From: Camelus dromedarius | Lineage: Eukaryota | NCBI RefSeq assembly: GCF_036321535.1 | Contig: NC_087436.1 | Location: 29,886,001-29,950,000, forward strand | Length of the DNA: 64,000 bases | Direction: 5' to 3' | In this document: positions 24,615-37,933 of the stretch, in pieces | Layout of the letters: the number at the start of each line of letters is the position of its first letter | Numbering within the stretch: the stretch's first letter is position 1 | Translations under genes and position numbers: made by a program | Notes under the pieces: model-generated | Told to the model about the DNA's origin: nothing | The model's database searches: none | What the model saw: only the letters and a program-made list of their open reading frames with translations

Positions 24615-26990
24615 AAAAAGAAATGATGGCATTCTAGGACATATAAAAATTGAAGAAATTAATGTTTAGCAGATCTACTCTGCAAGGAATGTTAAATAAA
24701 GTTCTTTCTGTAGAAGAAAATTTATATATTCAGAGACTTGATTCTACACACAAAAAAATAAAGAACATCAGAAATGGAATAAATTTATAGTACCTTAACC
24801 ATTGTATTTTTATTCTTAGTTACTCTTTTACACTTAATTACTATTTAAAGCATGAATAAAGGTGAAATGAATGATAAAGAATATAAGGATGGGAGGGAGG
24901 AATACAGCATACACTACATATGAAACAGTTAAATATTTCTTGAAGGCAGGTATATTATTTAAAATGGACTTTGTAAAGTCTAGGAAAGCCACTATACAAT
25001 AAGCAATAGAGGAGATAAAATAGAATTATAAAAATGTACAATTGAATTCAGAGAAAGAAAAAAATGAAATAAAAAATAGAGGAAGCATAAAACAGCAAGG
25101 TAGGTGATAGATTTTAATACAAATATAGAAATAATCATTTTAAATGGAAATGATCTAAACTTACTATGTGAATGAAGACACAGACTGCCAAATTGGGTTA
25201 AAAAAAAAGAAAAGCAATCTAACCTAATGCTGACTGCAAGCATCTCCTTTTAAATGTAAGCATAGATAGATTAAAAGTAAAGGAATGGCGAAGTATGTAA
25301 CATACAAACACTAACTGTAAGGAAAATAGTTAAGAAAGAAATTAAATAGTAATATATGGTCAATTCTACAAGAAGTTATTATGATTGCAAATGTTCATTC
25401 CCCCAGCACCATAGTTTCAAAATACTCTAGGACAAGAAAGATAGGCACATTTGGAGAAAAGAAAAGAAAATTCCAGAACTGTAGTTGGAAATTTCAATAA
25501 TTTTCTCTCAGTAGTTGATAGGATAAGTAGGTAGAATATCACTGATGGTATAAATGAATTGAACAGCACTATCAGACAACTTGGTCCAATTAGTATATGT
25601 AAAACACTTCATCCAACAGCAGAATACATATTCTTCTCAAATCTACAAGGAACAATAACCATAGTAGATCATATCTTATACCATAAAATAACTCTTAACA
25701 AATAAAAAAATAAAATTATATGAAGTATGCCCTTGAATGATAGAAGAGTTATACTAGAGATCAAAACCAAAGAAATCTGGAAAACACTAGAAGATATCTC
25801 TAATTCTAAAAGATATATGCACCCCCTTGTTCATTGCAACTTTACTTACAATAGCCAAGATATGGAAACAACCTAAGTGTTCACTGATGGATGAATGGAT
25901 AAATGAAATGTGATGTGTGTATGTATGTGTGTGTGTGTGTATATATATATACACACGCAGTGGAATATTGTTCAGCCATAAAAAATAATAAAATCTTGCC
26001 ATTTACATCAACATAGATAAACCTCAAAGACATTATGCTAGGTGAAATAACTTAGAGAACGAAAAATACAATATGATCTCTCTTATATGTGGACTCTAGA
26101 AAAACAAAGCAAACCCAAGAAAACAAAAGCCAAGCTTATAGATACAGAGAACAAATTTGTGATTGCCAGAGGTGTGGGGAGGGCGAGGAATGGGAGAAAT
26201 GGGTGAAAGAAAGAAAGAAACAAACAAACAAACCCTACAAAATCTCCATATAATTTTTTAAAAAATTACACACTTGTATGTAACCTTTGTGTTAAAGTCC
26301 AAGATAAGTTAAACATGTTTTCAAATGAATGAAAGTGAAAATGAAATATATTAATATGTACTTGTAGCTAAAGCAGTGCTTAGATGGAAATTTATATCTT
26401 TAAGGGCTCGCATTAGAAAAGCAAGGTCTAAAATCAAGTCATGTAAATGTCCACCATAAGAAAATAGAGAAAGGAAAGCAAAGAAATACAAAACAAGTTG
26501 AAAAAGGAAATGATAATAAAAAATTAGAGTAAAATCAATAAAATTAGAAAAAAACAAAAAGCAAAAGACAGCGTTTTTGAAAATATCAGTATAATTGATA
26601 AATCTCTAGTGATGCTGACCAAGAAAGAAACAGAATAAAAAATTGTCAATATGGAGTGAAAGAACATCAATACTGTTAATAAGTTACTTATATATAAAGA
26701 AAAACCTATGGCAATATATTTGGCACCTAGATGAAATGTATCAATTCCTTGAAAGACCCAAACTACCAAACTTTCCAAAAAAGAAAACACGAGGGCCAGA
26801 AATTTTCACTAATAAATTCTAATACATTCTTAAGGAGAGAATATGAATCCTTCAAAATCTGTTTCAGAAAATAGACAAAAGTAGAACACATCCCAACACA
26901 TTCTATGATGCCAGCATTACACTAATACTAAAAACAGACACAAATATTTCAAGGACAAAACTGTAGACCAATATCTTTCATAAATAGACA
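24615..26990 (+). mobile_element. Old L1, ORF1 end through ORF2 endonuclease / RT start (decayed)
   Basis: 'cttcatccaacagcagaatacatattcttctcaa', 'agctaaagcagtgcttaga', 'ttctatgatgccagcattacactaatac', 'tagaccaatatctttcataaatag'. Confidence 0.8.
25795..26232 (+). mobile_element. Younger L1 3' end nested in the older L1
   Basis: ORF2 C-terminal 'tgttcattgcaactttacttacaatagccaagatatggaaacaacctaagtgt' and 3' UTR with A-rich (GAAA)(CAAA) end. The host ORF2 resumes afterwards. Confidence 0.85.
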
Positions 26991-27054
26991 CACACACACA
27001 CATGCTCAAGTATATAAATGCAGTCTCAAAAGGATCAAATGCAGACTGTAGCAG

Positions 27055-27152
27055 ATGAGTTTATCTATATGATAAAAAGATGATGGATGATGATAGATGG
27101 ATGAATAGATAGATGATTGATAGATGACAGATACAGATAGATTTATAGACAG
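27055..27152. repeat. Degenerate (GATA/GATG)n
   Basis: Direct reading. Confidence 0.85.
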
Positions 27153-29749
27153 AGAATTCAAGCTCTCCTAGAAAGATGACATAAAAGAGCTGACTTAAGT
27201 ACTTTAGCAAACAGTATTTTTTTTTTTAATTGGAAACTCTAATGTTAAAGAGAAAAGAATTGTATGTAAACATGGTAGTCTAGTTAGTAAATTTCTTACG
27301 GGCATACAGGTTATCAACTCTAAAGCGACTTTCAATTTATACAGTCTCTAAATTTAGTTTCAGAGTCAAAAGGAATTATCTTTCACCTTATTCACAGCTT
27401 TAATCAAGTGTAAGTTAATAATCACATTTTGAGAAAAATTAATTTTAAGAAATTTCTTAAAAATAGATTCTGAATTTGTGTAATAAAGGGGAGAAAGCAC
27501 ATGGTTTAAACTTAATATGTCAGGAATTCTTTAACCAATACTTAAGGAAGCGCCAGACATTGATACTCCAGGCGTATTAAACTGCCTGACAGCGATTTCT
27601 AGAAGCTGCTGAGAAGTCACTGGGTAATGAGCTATTTCTAAAGCATGGTCTCATATTAAAGTCACTTGGCTAGCTATCGAAAGAAAAATGTTTATGTGTG
27701 TATTTAATTTAAAACTGGGCCTCACTCTTAAGAAATATAGCCTATTACTAAAACAAAATTGACAAACAGGAAAACAATATATAAAATGCTAATATTTTCA
27801 ATTGCTTAAAACTAAAGCTATTTGGATTATGACACAAGATATATAGCAAGTAGTGTGAGTAATAGAACCAAATTGCACACATATAAAATAAAAGATTAGT
27901 TTTTTCCTTTATAATGGTATCACTAATCGTATTTATTATAAGCCTAGGGCAATCATTCTTAAAACACACTTCTAATTTGAGAATATGTGCTATATAGACT
28001 TTATGGTGCTATCAACATCTCTGTTTTATAAGCCTATTTCCTCATCCCAAGCCCAAATTGCTTTGACAAGGTTAAAAGAGAGATCAATAATTTCTAGGAA
28101 GAGCTAACTGATATTTAACTAAGAATATTTTTCCATATTAAATGTTGAAAATGTGTTTCACTGCAATAATAATGCTTCATATATATGGTGCAGTTTAACT
28201 GGAGAAAAATGAAACAATCAAGAAATTATGGAAAAGTATGATTTTCCCCTTCAACCATGAAGAAAATACCTCAAAGTCATATCTAAAAGAAAACCACATA
28301 TAAAATATGAATTATCAGAAGTTAAGTCTTAAAAAAGTTTAAATAAAATCATAATAAGCTATATCCTTCTTTAAAGCTGTGGATAACCTCATCAGTGTGA
28401 CCTTTATCTGTACATCTAAACATAGCCTTTATTAACATACGTGACCATTTCTAGACCCTGATTTCATCTCAGCTTTTTATTTAGTGATCACAGTGCATTA
28501 TGTGTGTATATGTGCTTGGTTACAAGTAAAAATTTGGCAAAAGAAAATTGCTAATACTTCAATGATGAATAAATGTCACTTTCACTAAGAAATACACAAA
28601 TAACGAAGAAAATGCATCATTAGTTCTCATGTGCAGACGTTAAGCAGAGGACTGGAAAGCATGTCATAAATACACGGTGTTGTAGAACACATTCTTACTA
28701 TTATCTAACATAAAATTATATTTTACTATCTTTTATATTGTTAAATGTGCAATAAGGAGAAAGTCAATATTCCTTTTAACACTTGGTCTACTTTTATGTT
28801 AGTTTTAATTTTATTGAGATATCCATCGGCAGCATTTTTAACACTCCAATAACTCACTTCTGTATGCAAGAAAAGATTATGGGTAGAGAGGAAGCTAAGA
28901 GATATTTGCATTTTGGGTTGTTTCAAAGTCATCACCCCCAAAACTAACACACAGAAAAACAAATAAATAGTTACCCAAACATTGTACTTCTTGATCAAAT
29001 AAATCAGGTTTCTCATATAAGTCAGGTGGAGAGGGGAAGCTAGATAATGGTACACTGAAACATCACTGCCACATGTGGGCAAAAGTGCCCTTCCTTTTAC
29101 TGCTTCTGACCTAGGATTGTCTATTTTTTTAAAAAAGAAGAAATATTGCCAGATGCATGAAAATATTCATTTAAATTTTATTGGGACTGCCTTGTTTCCA
29201 ACCCTTCAAATTAATGTAGAGCATGGAAATAAATAAGAAAACGGGAAAATGCAGAATTATGTCAAGTATATATGCACTAAATTTTCCTTCCTCAGAGAAA
29301 TACATCCAAATAACTGGAGTTTTAATGACTTTGCAGTGATGTCAATTCATATATAGAGGTGTAGCTGCTTCAGTTTTCTATTATCAGTGAAGACCATGAT
29401 GTATACATAGAAAGAAACTAATGGTTATAAGCTAACTTTTTGCTTTCTTTTGAGTGTGTAGACTTTATAAAAATAGAAATTCTATTTGTCTATGAGCTAC
29501 ATAGAGCAGAAAAAGTTATTTGAATATAGAAGGCTATGTTTTTTGGGTTTGGGGTTTTTCGTTTGAAGATGTGATGGCTTTACAATTCATGAGGGATAAA
29601 AGCTCCTCTTTCTGTTGCCCCATTCTTAGCACATTTCCTGAAGTTTCACTGGCTACTGTGTAAACTATCAAAAATATATCTTGGCTGAAACATGGTACAA
29701 ATAAATGTTTTGTTTATTAAAAGTACAATATAGGTTTCATAGAATAGTT

Positions 29750-30195
29750 TTCATTCAAGGGGTGACCTAGACACACAGGATCCTTCATTGTCTTGGAGCT
29801 GTCACCTCCAGCTTCAGACATAGAAGTGATGTGCTCACCTCTGCCCACATTACATTAGTTATAACTATGTCTGAATTCTAGTTAGAAAGGAAGAGGATAG
29901 GAGGAAGAGAAAAGGCATATGCCAGCTGAGTGACTCCCTTTATAAAATTCATAGCAGCTTCTCCTAGTAACTGTTTCAGATGTTTCTTGGACCAAATGTG
30001 TGTGTGTGTGTGTGTGTGTGCATGTGTGTGTGTGTGTGTTTACTTAGAATTACAAAGGAGGCTGAGAAATGTATTTTAGTTTGTTTGATTGCTTTGTTTT
30101 TGTTTGGGTACAGTGTCAACCTAAATGAAACTGGAATTGGTTTAATAAGGAAATGGGAAAAAAATGGATGTTCAGTAGGCAACTAACAGTTATAT
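29750..30195 (-). mobile_element. Old MLT1J/K-like MaLR LTR relic with internal (TG)n (29997-30039)
   Basis: 'ggagctgtcacctccagcttcagac', 'aaggaggctgagaaatgtatttt', 'aataaggaaatggg...aatggatgtt...ggcaacta'. Confidence 0.5.
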
Positions 30196-31169
30196 CCCAA
30201 AGCCATGTCGACAGGGCTAATTGTTCCAGAGATAACCACACACTATAAAGTAGACACCTTCCTCTCTATTACTATTGATGTCATCAGTACTTTATTGTTC
30301 CTCATATTCATGAGCAGTCAACCATTCTGATTTCCTAACATAGTTTAATTATTAGTAGTTTAACCTATCCATTTGTAATGACAGAAAAAGGACTATTGAT
30401 CTTCACATAGGAACATGAAGACATTTATTTCCCAAGAAATCTATTTTTAAGACCATAGCATTCTCCATTAATTTATACAAAATTAATATATCTGCTATTT
30501 GTGACTATCCATCCACCTTTATGATGAGTTTTGGGTAGGACAGAAGTACTTCAAAGTAGCCATGACACAGCAGAAAAATCTCACATAAGTCATAGACTCA
30601 TTATTGCCAAGTTAGACATTAAAAAAACAGGCACAAGACCAGGGAGTAACAACTTGTCCATATGAAGTTATATGAATAAGAAGTCCTCTCGAACTTCTCA
30701 TATCCCGTTCCTGAACAACACACCCTCTGCCCACATCTATCTGAAGGTACCTACTTGTTTCACAATGGCCATAGTTACAATGTCCACAGGCTCTGATTCG
30801 CCAGACAATTACAGTTTTCACTTGCTGTCATAGTCTCCTTTCAGGTGCTGAACAATTCTACTTTCACTTTTTCAAGAATCTCTGCTTGGCTAATAGTTAT
30901 ATTGACCACCCAGCCTTAGTTCACGCACGGTCATGTGATCATGCAGATTCCTTGTGGAATAAGCTCTACAGTTTGCAGATCCTATGTTCTCATGATCTCC
31001 ACTGCAGTATCATGCAGATGTAATCACAAAAAATCCCCCTAAATTCTTGATACTGGTAACATATAATATTAATTATAAACATAGACTAAATATATTTATA
31101 ACAATTCAACTAGATTTTGGTGTTTCATAATCTGTGGGACTATGAATGTCAATATTAGCCAAGCCTAAA

Positions 31170-31310
31170 GCGAGGCTTCCCAAACTAGAATGTGAAAGTG
31201 AATCACTCTGGAGATCTTTTAAAAATCCAGATTCCGATTCACTGTGCCTTGGATGGGAAATAAGATTCTTTGGGTGACCGAGGTGAGCTGATAAACAAAT
31301 CATACATTGG
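31170..31310. mobile_element. MER5-like hAT MITE
   Basis: 'ttcccaaact...gaatcactctggagatcttttaaaaatccagattcc...gaggtgagctgat'. Confidence 0.55.
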
Positions 31311-31467
31311 CCTGGTCTATTTCAAGATAATTTATTTTGGCTTGGAAAATGTAGTCAGTCATTTATCAAGAGTAAATACAACACTAGTGCTTTTTAAATT
31401 TGGATATTTTGTTTTGGTACATAAAGGATTAGAATTAAATTAAGCCGAGAAAAATTTTAAAGTAGTT

Positions 31468-31775
31468 TTGTTAGTTTGTTAGAGATACCATAACAAAGTA
31501 TGAAATAAAGATGGCTAAAACAACAAAAAAGTATCTTCTCACAGTTCTGGAGGCTTCTGTCCTTGGCTTGATGATGGCTGTCTTATCTCTGTGTCTTCAC
31601 ATGGTCTTACCTCTGTGCATATATCTGTGTCTTAATCTCCTCTTCCTATGGTGATACCAGTCATGTTGGATTAATGCCCACTCTAATAACCTCATTTAAT
31701 TTAATCACTTCTTAAAGAACCAGTCTCCAGATAAGTCACATCTGAGTTACTGGGGATTAGGACATCAATTTAAAA
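31468..31775 (-). mobile_element. MLT1B-type MaLR LTR (internally deleted)
   Basis: 'ctcacagttctggaggct', 'ctctgtgtcttcacatggtc', 'accagtcatgttggatta', 'tactggggattaggacatcaa'. Confidence 0.85.
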
Positions 31776-32059
31776 ATTTGAATTTATAAGCTTATACACA
31801 ATTTCTTCCATTTCTTTGGTAATATTATTCAACTTCCCTGAACATGCAAAGTTAAAAGCAGTTCTTTTTTTTTTTTTGTCGTCTTTTGAAGAATATGAAA
31901 ATATATATATTTTTCAAATTTAGTATGAACAATATTTTTATAATTGCCTTATAAAATGCATTTTCTTCAGGCTTTGACTATTTTTAATGCTAAATTACTA
32001 AACAAATCTGTCAATGAGATTACTCCTTGGGCTTAAATCTACATGAGATTGATGAGAGG

Positions 32060-32455
32060 ATCCATTGTGCTGTAGAGGAAAGAGTCAAATTTTCAGTCAA
32101 ACGGTCCTGCCATTTAATAAATGGTCCATGGTAGGGATGTAACTTTAACTTTATAAACATGCATTTAAAATTTGAAGCAGTTTCTACCTCAAAATATATA
32201 GGAGGAGTTATTAAGATAGCATGCAGAAAACAGTAAAATAACTATATTTTAGGATATTGGAAGAGTTGAAAGAAATAAAGAATGAAAAGAGAATGGTTTT
32301 GTCTTTAAACCTTATCTGTATGACTGTAAGTCATTTTACTCCTCTAAGCTATTGTTTCCCTTTCTATAAAATGTAGATCACAGTGCTTAACTTGCAAGGA
32401 TTTCATAAGTTTATGTAATTGTCCTTGTACATAATAGATGCTCAATAAATTACAC
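32060..32455 (+). mobile_element. MIR relics
   Basis: 'tgtttccctttctataaaatgtagat...acataatagatgctcaataaat'. Confidence 0.55.
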
Positions 32456-33714
32456 TTTTAAAGTCAAATCATAGCTTTTCTTGGTAAACACTTACCCTAA
32501 TTCCTCCCAATACAATTATTTTAGACATTCTTCAAATTATACTATATGTGTATGCTGCAAAACAAAAACTCACACATGATTATAATTATATAGACAAAAT
32601 AAACATAGTACAATTCTGAGATTTTAACCCAAATCCACACCTCTGCCATACACAAAAAATTAAAAATGATTATCTAAAGTTTTTGTCTTGTTCGTTCATC
32701 GTCAAGGATGTTTTCTGTTTCTTCTGCCAAGGGCAAGTGGGTGAAAGAGAAATCAAAGTGAAAGGAAAAAAGATTATTAATAAGATAAATTGATTGAATT
32801 TTGAAGTAAAAGAAAATTGGATTTAGGTAACTAACTTGATAGGAAAAGTTCTGTGTGAGATGTAAGAACTTGGGCTGTTCAGTTTCAAAAAATAGATCTT
32901 AAAGGTTTATTTTCTTATGAATAAGGAATACTATAAGTAAAGAACCAAATTACCCAAACTATAACAAGTTGTTTTCGAGGAGTGATTAGAAGCATTATTA
33001 GAAAAAGAGAGATATGTTTAGAAGCTTAGTCAGAACATAAATAAATGTTCTGATTCCCTCCATCCTGAGCTGAGTCCTGAGAGGAGAGAGTTGAATTTAG
33101 AAACTCCAGATCGGTTTGGAGGAACTGAAAATAAAACATGCTTCAGTATCTATATAAATACTGTGTACATGTTAAGTTTTGAGAGAGATTTTCCATGCTA
33201 GCATTGCACAGAAATGGTGGCAAAGGGGATGTAACCAAAGAGTTTTAAGGTCGTCTGCTTTCAAAACCTTTACCCCGTATACCATGAGGTTTCCTCTACT
33301 TCCAAATGGAGAATCCAAATTTTCCATAGGCCATCCTGTTTTAGAGCCACTGACATGTCAGAAAGCTAGTGAAAACTTAGAGGAGTAATAAAGGAAAATA
33401 TAGGATAATTTTTTTCCCATTGTTGGAGATAATATCTTCAGACCACAGGACTCTGACTTAATGTTATATTATAGACTGCTCCCACTCCAAAAATTCTGTG
33501 GCAGCTGTGGAAGAATTAAGACAAGCTAAGTGAACACATTAAGAACTTGAAACAACTGGCTCTACCTAAAATTGGCTAATTTATAATTTAAGATATGAAA
33601 ATGGAAGCATTTACTACAATAATGTAAATTACAGAGAAATAAAGATTATTACAGTCCTTTACAGCCGAGTTCGTGTAACTGTAAGACTTTTGTCTACTAG
33701 ATCTCGCAGTAAAC

Positions 33715-34710
33715 TTTTTCAAATATATACTTCTATTGAAGTATAGTCAGTTTACAATGTTTTGTCAATTTCTGGTGTACAGCATAATGCTTCAGTCATA
33801 CATGAACATACCTGTATTTGTTGTCATAGTCTTTTTCACCATAAGTTACTACAAAATATTTAATGTAGTTTCCTGTGCTATATAGTATAAACTTGTTGTT
33901 TATTTATTTTATATATATTAGCTGGTATCTGCAAATCTGAAACTCCCAATTTATCCCTTTCCAGGCCCTTCCCTGACTGGGTAATTATAAGTTTGTTTTC
34001 TGTGTCTGTGATTCTGTTTCTGATTTGTAAGTAGGTTTGTCTTTTTTTTTTTTTTCCCCAGATTCCATATATAGGGGATATCATATGATATTTTTCTTTC
34101 TCTTTCTGGCTTACTTCACTTAGAATGACAGTCTCCAGGTCCATCCATGTTGCTGCAAATGGCATTATTTTATTCTTTTTACGGCTAAGTAGTATTCCAT
34201 TGTATAAATATACCACAGCTTCTTTATCCATTCATCTGTCAATGGACATTTACGTTGTTTCCATTTCTTGACTACTGTAAATAGTGCTGCTATGAACATT
34301 GGGGTGCATGTATATTTTTGAATTAAGGTTCCCTCTGGATATATGCCCAGGAGTGGGATTGCTGGATCATATGGTAAATCTATTTTTAGTCTTTTGAGGA
34401 ATCTCCATACTGTTTTCCATAATGACTGCACCAAACCACATTCCCACCAACAGTGTAGGACGGTTCCCTTTTCTCCACACCCTTTCCCGAGTTATCATTT
34501 GTGGACTGACTGGTGTGAAATGATATCTCATCATAGTTTTAATTTGCATTTCTCTGATAATTAGTGATACTGAGCATTTTTTTGTGTGCTTATTGGCCAT
34601 TTGTATGTCTTCATTGGAGAATTGCTTATTTAGGTCTTCTGCCCATTTTTACTGGGATTTTTTTTTTGTTGTTGTTGTTCTTGTTACTAAGTTGTATAAG
34701 CTGTTTATAT
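33715..34710 (-). mobile_element. Relatively young L1 3' fragment (ORF2 C-terminus plus 3' UTR)
   Basis: Minus-strand ORFs read L1 ORF2 C-terminal motifs ([65 protein letters not shown]), broken by frameshifts. Confidence 0.95.
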
Positions 34711-34737
34711 AATTATTATCTTTAATAGTATATACTC

Positions 34738-35103
34738 TGTATTAGCCTCCTTGACCATAACAAAGTGCTACCTGCTGTATGGCTTAAACAACATAAATTT
34801 ATTTCTCAAAGTTCTGGAGGCTAAAAGTTCAAAATCCGGGTGATTTAGTCTGCCCTATAGATGGCTGCCTTCTTACTCTGTCCTCATGTGGCCTTTTCTC
34901 TGTGCATGCTTGGAGAGAAAGATATTTGGTATCTCTTCCTCTTCTTATAAAGACACCAATTGTATAGGGTTAAGACCCCACCCTATGACCTTATTTAACC
35001 TTAATTAGCTCCCTAAAGATCCAATCTCCAAATGCAGTACCACTGGGAGTTAGGGCTTCAACATACAAATTTGGGTGGAGAAGAGCACAATTCAGTCCAT
35101 AAA
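34738..35103 (-). mobile_element. MLT1A-type MaLR solo LTR
   Basis: TGTATTAG...atttatttctcaaagttctggaggct...cttcttataaagacacc...ttagggcttcaacata...acaattcagtccataa. Confidence 0.9.
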
Positions 35104-37464
35104 AATATTCCCAAAATTTTAAAAGCAGATGCTGCAAAATGTAAAGTTAAAAATGCCTAAAACTATTTCACTCAGAATCAATTGCTCTAAAGATTTGCTT
35201 ACATCCCATATTAAGATTTATGGTCCATTTAAACATCAATGAGTCAAGATAACTGACTGAAATATAACATTTCACTTGTAGACTTATTGTAATTAGTCAC
35301 ATAATAAAATGTAACAATTATTGCTTTCATGAGGATTTCAAACAAAGTTAAACTTACTTTCTTTACAGATATGATGACCATTGCTATAAAATATAAATGT
35401 TAGAATATATCCATAGTGTTTCATTAAAAATAATTAAGGTGTTATATTTAGGACATATAATGCTATTTCTTACCAGAACTTTACTTTGCCAGAAATACTT
35501 TGTATTTCTCCCAGTTTTGTTCCTTTTGAGTAGCTCTTGGAAACTATTATGTCACTCCTTTCTGACTTCTATTCACTAACTTGTGGACAATACTTAATGA
35601 CCATGTCTATTGAACAGATAGATAAAAAAGCCCAGCTAACCAATAAAGATCTGCACTTCAGAGAATTTCCTTCTTTGAATTCTGAGTGTCTTTGTCAGGT
35701 TCATAGTGCTTTTAAGAAATATTTAAGTTGTTACGTTTCTTCTGATATTTAAAATATACTCAGTGGCTATCAGTATATAGTAGTTTTCTATCTGTATATA
35801 GACAACTGAGTTGTTCTTTTTAGATTTTTATTTTTTGTTTAAAAACAAGCAATAATTACTATTACAATGCACAAAATATGCCACTTTTTGAGTTTCCAAA
35901 TACAGTGAAAGAGAAAGATCCTATAGGACTGATGGCTAAATTGGTATAAAGTCATAGCCAGAGGATAAGGTATAGAACCCAGTAGTCAAGTATAACACAA
36001 AAGAGGCGACACAGAGGTTATTTATTTAATAGCATCTCTGTAAGTGCCTACCTATGGGGCAAATTATAATAAAATAACTTTTTAAGTTGAAATTGGTACT
36101 CCACAATGCTTAGAGAATAAACTGTGACTACTGAATTTACAAATAGCAGGTTGTGTATAGTTATGTTGTTTGATCTTACTCAAGTCCAGAGGGAAAAGAA
36201 TAATTAATTATTTCAGTCTGACTGAATGGATGGAGAATAATTATATTGTTAGATTTGAAAATTTGCAACTAAACTTAACACTGAATTACTATGTGGTACA
36301 GAATTGTTCTGTATGTAGTGATATTCACATCATCTTAATGCCTGCGGAGGGAAAAACATGCCATCACATCTAATTTGGATCCAAGATTGTTCTATTTCTT
36401 ACTACAAAAATATCAGGAAATAAAATGATTTTTATTGTAAATATCACATATGGTAGAAAAGTATCTATAATACAACTTGCTGATTAAAATGGAATGAATG
36501 AAATGGCATTATGAATTTTGAGCACAAATTAAAGTGGTATAAATGAAGACAAGTGGAAGCCACAATATTGACAATAATATATCTTATCGATTAGTAACTC
36601 AGAAAGTCTATTCCAATCATGTGTTATATTTTTAAACAAGCAAGTATTTTAGCTAAGAGGGAAAGAGTGTTATAATATGAAAATTAAAATCATTGTATAG
36701 AAAAATGCACTTCCTGAAGTGGGATCTCTTTTAAAATTTGAATCAACAAGGACAACTCCAGTCAACCAGAAGAAAAAAGACTGAACAATTTCCCTCAGCT
36801 AAGATAATTTTCTAATTGACCACCAAAACTGATTTAGTGAATATTATATGCTTAATATCATTCATATGGCATGGGGATTGCAACATGCATATTAATCATG
36901 TTTCCTGAGTTTGCATATTGATTAAGAGAAAGCGGACTTAGAGACAGACTACCATATTGACTATGATATTTCAGACTTAACTGTCTTACCAGTTCATGGG
37001 GTATTAAAATAATATTTTTAGAAACTAAAAGAATAAAATAGTATTGATTTTAAAAGAACAGAAAGTAGATATCAAACTTCAAAAAATTGTGTACATTTAA
37101 ATTTCCTTGGCCATTTTTATGATACATTTGAAACTAAAAAAATGTGATACATATCTGGTCTGACTAAAGCTTGTAAGTATACCAGTATAGTTTTATTTTT
37201 TTTCTTAAAATTTAGATAGAGGATGAGTTTTGAAAATACATTCCAACATTAATCATTAGCAGAGTTAGGAAGACATGAATCTGTAATGCAAATGTCATTT
37301 TACTCTCACAGTTCATTCCAAAGTGAGAACACAGCAGTGATCATTCTAGTAGAGTGAGCAGGCTTTAAGTATTGCTTTATTTAACTATGTAACATCCTTC
37401 ACACCACAAGTCACTAGGAAATACACAAATAAGCTATGCCATGGATCAAATATCCTAACATAAT

Positions 37465-37933
37465 TGTGGTAGCTAAATAATGGTCCTCCAAAGTTGTCCA
37501 TGTCTTAATCCTCAGAACCTGTGAATATGTTACCTAATATGGCAAGAGGGACTTTGCAGATGTGATTAAGGATCTTGAAATGGGAAGATTATTCTCCTGA
37601 CAGGTCGTAAATGTAATCACAAGTGACCTTATAAAAGGAAGACGACAGGGTCAGTGTAAGAGAAAGCAATGTGCCAGCAGAAGCAAAGATTAGAGTGATG
37701 TGGCCAGGAGTCAAGGAAGGCAGCAGTCTCTAGAAGCTGTAAGAGGGAAAGAACAGATTTTTCTCCTGTAGCCTCCAGAAGGAACCAGCCTTTCCAACAT
37801 CTTGACTTTAGCCCCTTACGACTCATTTTGGACTTCTGACTTCCAGGACAATAATGTAATAAACTTGGTTTATTTTAAACCAGTAAGTTTGGAACGTAAT
37901 TTGGTACAGCAGCAATAGAAAACTACTATAACA
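37465..37933 (+). mobile_element. MLT1D-type MaLR solo LTR
   Basis: TGTGGTAG...aacctgtgaatatgttacct...gactttgcagatgtgattaagg...gagcctccagaaggaacc-like...cagcaatagaaaacta...ACA. Confidence 0.9.

Noticed and set aside
33878..34600. ORFs with real protein motifs
   Set aside because: They are frameshifted L1 ORF2 C-terminal fragments, not a host gene.
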